Shown piece by piece: positions 54,304 through 64,000 of a stretch of DNA of 64,000 nucleotides (its first letter is position 1; every line of letters starts with the position of its first letter). Source of the DNA: Octopus vulgaris (taxonomy: Eukaryota); the NCBI GenBank assembly GCA_951406725.2, contig OX597837.1:7254001-7318000 (forward strand), read 5' to 3'. The notes beneath the pieces are model-generated. The model saw only the letters and a program-made list of their open reading frames with translations. It had not been told where the DNA came from and made no database searches. A program made the translations under genes and the position numbers.

Positions 54304-55052
54304 TATTTATATATTCTTTTATATCTTATATAAAGACATACTTTTATGTTTTAAATGTTATCAGATATTTTATATTACTATATATTTTACACACCTCTAT
54401 ATTATATATAAATTGTATACAATATACAGACATAAAAAAAAACTAATATAAAAGTTAGAAGGGGAGCTTTTAGTGTTTATATATATAATTTATATAATCT
54501 ATTATATCTTATTTACTAAACACATACCTCTTATATATATTCTAAATATACACTATTAGATATTACTATACATTTTATATATTCTATATTATATTAGAGT
54601 ATAAAACTCAGTACACGCACAAATAAATAACTAATAAAAAAAATTAGAAGGGGAGGTTTTAGAGAGATTTTTTGGGTTGTTTTTTTTTTTCATTTTCTTT
54701 CCAAAATCAAAAATTCAAAAGAAAAATGCCCATGCCATCTTATAGTGCATATCAAAGTGTATACGTGCAAACACTGCAAATTGAGTGAAATTATATACAT
54801 ATTAAAAAAAAAAAAGAGAGAAATATATATTATATATCTCAGCATCACCAAAGCCATATCTACAAATGCTAAAGGTTTTATTGCTTGCTTAATTCATTTC
54901 AAGGATGTATGCTGTGATTCGAAATACATATCATCTGACGATATATATACATATATATATATATGTATATATATATTATATACATATATATTTTTAATAT
55001 ACATACATATATATGTATCAATATATATATATATGCATACATATTTATATAA

Positions 55053-55093
<41 letters not shown>

Positions 55094-56759
55094 GCATGCA
55101 CATATATCAAAACATCTAAATATATACTTGTATTCATACATATAAGTATATAAATACACATACAGGCATATATATATCTACACACACAAACGTATACATA
55201 TGTATGCATATACACAAGCATGCATACACACACACTCACACACGAGCAAAATTTTTTTAAGTGGGAATGTGATGTAAGTTTAAAAACCTGATTATTTTTT
55301 TTCATTAATAATTATTTATTAATATAGGGAAAAAATTTAGTCACTAAATAATTAACTGTAATAATAATAAAGTTTTATAATTATTATATTATTTATTTTT
55401 AATGCTAATAACATTGATTCCAATTTTATGCAAAGAGACATTATTGGAATTTCAAAAAATATATTTTCATCTTATCTAATAATGGAAAATTATATATATA
55501 TACACACATACAGCTGAGTGTATATATATGATATACAGACTGATACACAAAGAGCTTTGAGATATTCTTTGTGTATATGCCTTTGTGTGTGTCTACGTCT
55601 GTATATCTTTATATTTATGTATACCTCAGTATACATAAATCTAGCCAAGTATGTAAGCCTGCATATACATGCATGCAAGCTTTAAAATGCACATTCGATA
55701 CACATTCGTCTATGTGTAATGCACATACATCTCGTGCATAAAGCAGAGACCAAAAATCCTGAATAAATATTAGATTATGTCCAGCACATACGCATACCAA
55801 TGTGGATGGGTGTTTTACGTCCATTTTCCCATGTTTGCATGGGTTAGATGAGTATGTTATTTGAAGCATTGTTTTACAGCTGAATGCCTTTACTGACAAT
55901 AAACTTTACCTTTATTTTTTTTTAAATGTCAGATCTCATATTTCGATCATGTCCTAGGCTTGACAGAATGGGCAAGAAACTCATTTCATCATACCATGTG
56001 GTTTTGGACCCAGTCACACGATGTGGAACCCTGGACAAATGTATTCTTATATAGTACTGGAGCAACAAAAACCTTGTGAGAAGGTCTGCTCTGTAGAAAC
56101 TGGACGAAGCCTATATATATATACTTGTATTTATGTATGTATGACAGAACCTTCACGTTATAAACACAGGCTACAAAACATTGTTCTACAGAGTTATCAA
56201 ACATCCGCTACAAGTCTTGAGGCTTTCCATGGATGATCCTTAAAATTATAGATCAAGACCATGTAACAAGGTTCACACAGCCTCTGGCTTTCAAGTGTTG
56301 CTCACAAATCTTGAAGGCTTCCACAGACGGCCCTTTAAATTATAGATCAAAACCCTACAACACGGCTTCACACAGTTTTTTTTCTCGAATGAATATCACT
56401 CACAAGCTATTCGAGTTTACTAAGCTGCAATAGGAGCTGTTTCTTTAATGAAGCCTCATAGTTGTGTCATAACTAGAATCCAATCGTTGGGAAGCAAGTT
56501 TCTAGATAATTTGGCTATGCTTTCACCTTGAAAGGTTAAGTATTGTATGTGTAGCTTTAAATGTGTGCAAGGAAATACATGTACACATACATACAGACAA
56601 ACACACACACACACGCATATATGTATACTAGGTATATGTAAATATGTGCATGCAAGTAAGTGTTATATATATATATGTATGTATATATATGTGTATTTAT
56701 ATACATATATATATATATGTATGTATATATATATATATGTGTATATATATACATATATG

Positions 56760-56796
<37 letters not shown>

Positions 56797-58281
56797 TATG
56801 TATATATATATTATATTTATAGAGAGATAGCTATACAAGTGTGTATGAATACATATGTATGTATGTATGTGTGTGTGTATACACATACACACACATATAC
56901 ATATGAATATATTTATTCATGTCTATATTACATTCACAGAGACTCTTGTATGTATGTGCATATACATATATATATACATGCATTACATACACATATTAAT
57001 GTATGTGTGTACATGCATATGTGTGTGTGTATATATCTCTATATATACACACACACACATATATATATACACACATATGCATACTCATAAAAGTAAATAT
57101 ACATCTATGTGTGTATATATATAACTTACATAAACAAACACACATACATTAATTTAACTTGAAACGTATACATCACAATACTAATAATACAGTATTTCTA
57201 CTTTAGTCTGAATAACTTCTAATTTCAAATTTGAAATGTTTTGTCTTAAGGGAGAGAGTGTTACAAAATCTACTTCTAATTACACTTAAAACATTGCATT
57301 GTTAATGACAATTAGGTTTAACGACATAGGCTTCGTTCAAATTAAAGATGGGTCGGTTGTTTGTTTTTTTTCTACTTCTGATATCAATTTAGAACAGAGC
57401 AAAATAATTTATGGAAATTTAAGTGGAAAGACTTAGTAAAAAAAAAACATACAATGTTTTGTCTTTTTCTTTTTAAATTTATACCCTTAAACTTGCGTCT
57501 ATATATATATATTCTGTCAAAGAACAATGCATAACAACAATAACAACACAAACTAATTATATATCATAGGCAAAGTCTTAAGACTGCACAACAAGAAGAA
57601 GTAAGAAAAAACATTATTTTTTTTTAAGTGAGAGAAGACAGAAAGCAGAAGAAAAAGACAGAGTGAGAAATGAGTAGCAGAGAGAGAGAGAAAGAGAGAG
57701 AGGAAAGGAGACAAAAAAGAAAGAGAGAGACAGAGAGAAATACGGGGAAATAAAGAAATAAAAGATATATAAAATTGTACCCTATAAAAATATATGTAAA
57801 AAAGGCCATGGGCAGCCAGGTCGGCAGCAAAAGGTTACTCAATTGAAAACTGACCCCTTCCCACTAGTCCTTAAGGGTTAATGTTCTATAGCAATTCTGG
57901 AAGTTTGAAAAATCATAAAGCTGGTTTTGGTGAGGTTTGAACTCAGAATGTAAAGAGCCAGAACAAACACTGCAAGGTACAGTATGTGACACTCAAACAG
58001 TGTCACTGATCTGTCACCCTAGTAGTAAATATGAAGGAACAACAAATAGGGTTTTGAGCAGTTTTCTGCAATTTTATTCAAGTCTTCCACGATGAAGCTA
58101 TCATAATTCAAGCAATATACCATCTTGAATACACGATGCAACTCAGACACGATGATAATAATATTTTTAGCCTTTTGTCTCTTACTCTGAAGAAAAATGG
58201 TACCCCAACAATTCTGCCTTACAGGTTTGGGGTGTAAATATTATGTTTTGCAGGTAAGAAATAAAACAATAGATATAATTC

Positions 58282-58510
58282 TTAACCCTTTCGTTACTGT
58301 ATTTATTTTGAGATGCTCTGTGTTTCTTTCAATTACTTTAAATATAACAAAGAATTTAGTAAAATAACTTAGTTACCATTCAGCTAGTGTTAGGAACATA
58401 AATTGTGACTAAGGTTTGGTGGAAGATTTTAATTCAAAACTTATGAAAACAAAACATTTGTACTACAGAGCCACAGATGGTTTCAGCCAGGTTGATATCA
58501 AAAGGGTTTA
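58282..58510. mobile_element. piggyBac-like MITE, family P2, inverted relative to 30656-30885
   Basis: TTAACCCTTTCG ... AAAAGGGTTTA; the body is the reverse complement of 30660-30881. Confidence 0.75.
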
Positions 58511-58564
58511 AAGACCATGGAAAGTAAAGATAATAAAATTGATAATAATAGTTTCAAATGATAA

Positions 58565-59360
58565 TAATAGTTTCAAAGCAAGTTCATAGGTGGGTCTAAG
58601 TCGATTACATTGACACCAGTGTTCAACTGGTACTTATTCTATTGACCTTGAAAGGATGAAAGGCAAAGTCAAACTCGGTGGCATTTGAACTCCGAATGTA
58701 AGGACGAATGAAATGCCGCTAAGCATTTTGCCTGGCATTTGCAATAATGTCCTACAAGAAGCCTCAGAAAAATTCTTAAATAATTGAGGAGACTTGTTAT
58801 CACCAAACCTCAAGATAACATTTCTGCTAATTAAATTAGCACTTAATAGCTTTTGTATAATAATAATAATAATAATAATAATCCTTAAATCCTTAAAAAT
58901 GTTCTAGCCCGAAGGCCACGGCCATGCTGGGGCACCACTGCTGGTTTATAAATAACCAGCAATAATGATAATAATAATAATCCTTTCTACTAAAGGCACA
59001 AGGCCTGAAATTTGAAGGGGGTGAGACTAGTAAGTTAGATCAACACCAGTGTTTCACTGGTACTTAATTTATCAACCCCCGAAAGGATGAAAGGCAAAGT
59101 CGACCTCGACGGAATTTGAACTCAGTATGTAGTGGCAGATAAAATAGCGCTAAACATTTCACCTGGCATGCTAACGATTCAGCCAGCTCAAGGCTAGCAA
59201 TTTTAGAGGAAAAGAATCTAATTAATTAAATACTAAACTACTAATGTTTTATTAAAGGTGAAAGGTATAATTTTAACCTCAGCAGAGTTTGAACTTTGAA
59301 TGTAAAGACCTGAAAGAAATGCTGCCAAATGTTCTGTATGACACAAGAATGATTCCGGCA
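58565..59360 (-). mobile_element. Cluster of SINE family A copies, best at 58580-58740 and 58981-59190
   Basis: gaaaggatgaaaggcaaagtc near 58650 and 59081. Confidence 0.8.
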
Positions 59361-60180
59361 GTCATAGAGAGCAGAATCATAGACTAGTGTACTTCATTGT
59401 TCTTGTATTTTAAGGAATCAACAAGTGTTTGATTCCATGAAATCGAGGCAGGTAATGAAAGACAGCATATGAAATTCCTGACTCATAGGATTTCATACCT
59501 TCACACCTGTTCTCACAACACAAGGCCCTAAATTTTTAGGAGAAATACCTCACCTACAGTATATAACTGGTATTAAAAATAGCTTTGTTTAATGTTAACA
59601 GGGTACAATTTTATGTGAGAATTAGAAAAGATTTGGAGATAAATAAATATATATACATATATACAATACACACACGGAGATTAATTTCCAGGTACATCAT
59701 ATCTACCTGGACACATCAAAATTTCTTTGATTGTTATGTGTATACACACACATCATCATTTAACTTCTGCTTTCCATGTTAGCATGGGTTGATGCATGTA
59801 TATACACACATATACACAAGCATGTGTATAGATACTTAGTTGTATGTCTATAAATATAATGAATATATTTGCCAAATTTATGTGTATATTTGAAAATGTG
59901 ACCATATATATATTTTGCTAACTTGCATATGTGTGTGTGTTTATGTGTGTATATTCATATATACACACATGTATATATATATGTATATATATAAGAAAGT
60001 AGGGCAGGATAGACAGAGGGATAGATAAAGGTAGACAGATAGAAACATTTAAAAAATAAAAAAGAAAGAAAGGAAGGTGTTTTTTTTTATGAGGAGGAAG
60101 AAGAGGAAAGACAAGAAGATAGAGAATGAAAAAAAATATGGCTTTCAGTGTAGTTGCAAGTACCACAGCTGATAATTAAC

Positions 60181-60289
60181 CATGCACCTCAATTTTTCGG
60201 CCCTCAACAACTGTTCCGTTCAGTTTTTCACGTGCTCGGTCGGCGTCAGCGCTATTTTGGAAAGTTACAAAACCAAATCCCTGCATGCA
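60181..60289 (-). promoter_or_regulatory. UGCAUG RBFOX-binding sites at the 3' splice site (60284-60289) and within the 5' splice site (60181-60186) of the RRM exon
   Basis: Acceptor TGCATGCAG| and donor |GTGCATG are read directly; a further TGCATG lies at 60594-60599. Confidence 0.85.
60188..60280 (-). CDS. RBFOX1: RBFOX/Fox-1 exon, 93 nt, second half of the RRM ([31 protein letters not shown]), phase 0-0
   Basis: The minus strand reads gtgcatgcag|GGATTTGGT...AAAATTGAG|gtgcatg. The translation carries the RNP1 motif GFGFVTF and is near-identical to the vertebrate RBFOX RRM exon of the same 93-nt size. Confidence 0.98.
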
Positions 60290-60533
60290 CGAGGAAAATA
60301 ATAATAATAATAATAGTAATAATAGTAATAGTAATAATAATAATAGTAATAATAGTAATAATAATAAATGATGATGAGGGTGGCGATGATAATAATGATG
60401 ATGAGGATGAAGATAATAATAATGATAATAATAATAATAGTAATATCATAATAATAATGATGATGAGGGTGATGATGATAATGATGATGAGGATGAAGAT
60501 AATAATAATAGTACTATAATAGTAATAATAGTA

Positions 60534-60575
<42 letters not shown>

Positions 60576-60893
60576 CAATAGCATTAAGTCAAGCATGCAT
60601 TAAAATCGTGCAAAATGTAGTGCGGTTTTCTAAACAAAAAAAAAGGAAATTTTGCGAGGGTTTTTTTTTTAATAATTTTTTTTTATTAATCTACTCTTTC
60701 AATTACTTTTTTCTTTTGTTTTTAGTGTTGTGTTCTTTTGTTGGTTTTTTTTTGTATTTTTTTAAACTTTTCCTTCTTTGGCTTTTTTTTTCTTTTTTTA
60801 CAAAAAAAATTTCTGTTCGTTTGTTAATGAAGCTTTCGCTTTAATTTTTCAAATAAAATAGATATAAATATATATAGATATATGTATGTACGC

Positions 60894-60956
<63 letters not shown>

Positions 60957-61053
60957 AGGTAGAGTATATACATTATCAGAACACCACCATTTATAGTCAT
61001 ATAATGAGTTGTGTATGTGTGTGTATGTGTATACATATATATATATACAGAGG

Positions 61054-61087
<34 letters not shown>

Positions 61088-62191
61088 GAGAAGCCCATAT
61101 GAAAGAACAAGATGTATATAATGATGGTGATGTGTAAATGTTTCTTTTTTAACATTTTCTAATATCAAAGAGACAATTTTATTTATGATATCCGTATATG
61201 CATAGCTTTACGTGTGTGTGTGTGTCTGTGTGTGTTTGTCTATGTGCATATGCTTACTTCTCTGCGTGGGTGTGTGTGCGCTTTAATGTATGATACAAAT
61301 TTTAGAGAGAGAGAGAGAGAGGGGGATGCTGAAGAGGACTGTCCAATTTAATTTGGTTGAAATTTTATGCAGCAAGTCATTGAATTTGCATACTCCCATC
61401 TAAATTACTAATTTGCATATCTGACCCACCCTTTTGTAATTGCTGTATCCTGGGTGGAAACGGGTGGAGGTGGTGGTGGTAGTGATGTGTGATTCTACAA
61501 AGTGGTAGTGGTGGTGTGTGATGATTGAAATGAGGTGTTGGCAGCAGTCATAGTGGAGGAAGTAGCATGGAAGTGGTGCTGCAGGTAGTGGTGTACAGAT
61601 AGTGTTGGTGTTAGTGGTTATGGTTTCATAATAGCAGTCATCTTGGTGGTAGGGGTAGCATGATGGTGGTAGCAACATAGGGTTCATGTTGTTTCGTCTC
61701 TTGCCAATTCTGGTCAAATAAACCTAGGATCAATAACATTCCAACCATGACCATCCCAATTTTTTTTCCCTTCCTGCAGGGAAACCTAAACCACATTATC
61801 TCAATGTGCCTGCCAGAGCTTTCGCAGAGCCACATTCTTTCAATAGAACAGATGATGTCTTGGAATAAAAGTTGTATCGCCAATGTCCTTCCCACAATGC
61901 AATGCAACCAACTCTCAGAGAGCAAAAGAGAAAGAGAGTCATTCTACTGACATTTGGAAGGATGAGAGGTTAAGATGATTGCAGTGAGATTTGAATTCAG
62001 AAATGCTAAGAGCCAAAACGAACACCACAAGGTATTTGCTAGATGCTCTAACAATCTTGCTTAGCCCAGATCAATCAGGGAAGAGTTAACTTGCTAAAGT
62101 GTATAGTATTTGGCTGTTAGCTCTGGCATGTCAGATAATAATGTATTGCCTCTCTCATTAGCTTGACAGATATATGTGTGTGTGTATGTGT

Positions 62192-62502
62192 GGAGGCGCA
62201 ATGGCCCAGTGGTTAGGGCAGTGGACTCGCGATTGTAGGATCGCGATTTCGATTCCCAGACCAGGTGTTGTGAGTGTTTATTGAGCGAAAACACCTAAAG
62301 CTCCATGAGGCTCCGGTAAGGGGTGGTGACGATCCCCGCTGTACTCTTTCGCCATAACTTTCTCTCACTCTTTCTTCTGTTGACCTGCTCGCTTAGCCAG
62401 CGGGGTGGCGTCATTCGGAGGCTAAAACAATGCGAAGCGCATTGTGACCAGCGATGTGTAGCAACATCTGATAGCCTGGTCAGTCACGGTCATCACGGTG
62501 AT
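62192..62502 (+). mobile_element. tRNA-derived SINE family D inserted in a TG/TA microsatellite
   Basis: GGAGGCGCAATGGCCCAGTGGTTAGGGCA (A box) ... TTCGATTCCC (B box), a GC-rich body and a short repeated TCACGGT tail. Confidence 0.75.
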
Positions 62503-63578
62503 ATATATGTATGTGTGTATATATATATATATAATATAGTGTGATGGCTTACTATAGTAGAAGGGGTGATGGAGAAAACATTGATGATGACGGAGATAGT
62601 TATAGGGATTCAGTTGTTTCTTGTTGATGGTGGTGGTGATGGTTGTAGTGAGAGGGAGTGATAGTGTAGCAGTCACTGCTACTGCTGCTGTGGTGGTGGT
62701 GGTGGTGGTGGTAGTTCTTGGTGGTGGTGACAGTATTGTTGTTGACAATGATGATGATGGTGGTAGTGGAAGTGATGTTACTGTTGTTGTTGTTGTAGTA
62801 GTAGTAGGTGGCAGTGGCAGAGGGGGTGGGATCTGGTGTTTTTTGTTTGTTTTTTTTTTTGTTACTATCAACAACATTACCAACAGCATGGTTAATGGTG
62901 ATGGTGCTATAACTGCCAGCAATGGTAAAGTTGCTATCATCGATGTTAAATGACATTGTCAACGGTGGTGTAAATAAATGATGGTGATGCTGGTAGTGGT
63001 AATGGTGGTGGTGGTAGTTTTACCAGTGATAGTACTAGTAGTAGTGGTGGTGGTAGTATTTATCATATATTTTCTTTTATTTTATTCTGTGCTTAATATT
63101 TAGTTATAAGAAATCGTGATGACATACACCAACATATAAGAACCAGAAGAAAAAAAAAGGGGGAGGGTAACAGATACTGAAGAGAGAAAGAGAGAGAGAG
63201 ATCCCCCAACAGATTTGTTTTCATTGCTTGAATGTTTGTTTTTTTTTTATTTAATATTCTTTTCTTTTAATTTCTGATGATGAAGGTTGCATGAGGGAAG
63301 CACGAGTGGGTATTGAGAGGAGTTGCAAAAAACGTTTCCGTTCTTTTTGCTTCACACAGGAATTCTCAGATATTTTCAAAGAAATATCAATCAAATTAAA
63401 TTTTGATAATTTTCTTAATTAACATGGATAAAAAAAGGGGTTTTTTTAATGTGGGTGGGGGAGGGGATATGTTGTTTAATTACTGTTGTAAAGTTGGTTT
63501 TCTTTAGACAAACTACTAGAAAGACACCTACAATATATATACATACACACACACACACATAGGCATATATATATATAT

Positions 63579-63713
<135 letters not shown>

Positions 63714-64000
63714 TACATATATATATATATGTGTGTGTGTATATTGGCACATGTGCATGGGTGTGCGCGCGCATGTATATGTACGTACATGCACACTTAT
63801 GCGATTTCTATGAGCATTTTTACTTCCTTACTTGTCTACTTTCCCCCCTTTGGTTTTTTCCCCCTTATCTAAAGGTCATTCTAATAGCTCTTCTGTCTTA
63901 ATAACGGTCAACTACATAGTAATTTCCTTTTGCTTAATGGTCATTTTCATAGCAATTTTTGATTGCCTCAATAACTGACGAGATGCCCAAGCAGTTTTCC

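Noticed and set aside
55660-55680. TGCATG/GCATG copies inside TA/CA-type repeats (also near 33150 and 36810)
   Set aside because: The motif is an alternating purine-pyrimidine word that arises readily in degenerate microsatellites far from exons.
62192-62265. tRNA gene
   Set aside because: A/B boxes are present, but no convincing acceptor stem, and the sequence continues into a SINE body.

Overview
AT-rich, microsatellite-saturated eukaryotic DNA. Its repeat families look like those of coleoid cephalopods, most likely Octopus (inference). Almost all listed ORFs are microsatellite artefacts. The window holds the 3' part of an RBFOX (Fox-1/A2BP1) RNA-binding protein gene on the minus strand. 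Seven phase-compatible GT-AG exons (60280-60188, 46646-46586, 31829-31682, 30128-30071, 28404-28307, 18077-18011, 8362-8318) join into one 570-nt frame: [31 protein letters not shown]|VNNATARVMTKKAVNPAIPNA|AALRGVTLTRGRAAAAVTARGVYAAAAAAAAFRHPTPLTTTAAALPYAA|GVYHQDPFLATYAAADRYQ|LVTTQPYAAAGYAAATRYAIPTVAATAATYAAG|YGREYAADPYLGHSIGPVTGYG|ATVYRGGYQRFAPY*. The 5' exons were not found and presumably lie beyond base 64000. Highlights: (1) RBFOX's own UGCAUG site sits at both splice sites of the 93-nt RRM exon; (2) three UGCAUG sites precede the 67-nt penultimate exon, whose skipping would swap the RFAPY nuclear-localisation tail for a frameshifted ...HHTEVT* tail resembling the TEVT end recalled for human RBFOX2; (3) candidate extra terminal or poison exons; (4) a minimal Penelope-type hammerhead ribozyme; (5) several fold-back and inverted-repeat structures. 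The introns are filled with SINEs, piggyBac- and hAT-like MITEs, a LINE 3' end, minisatellites and microsatellites.
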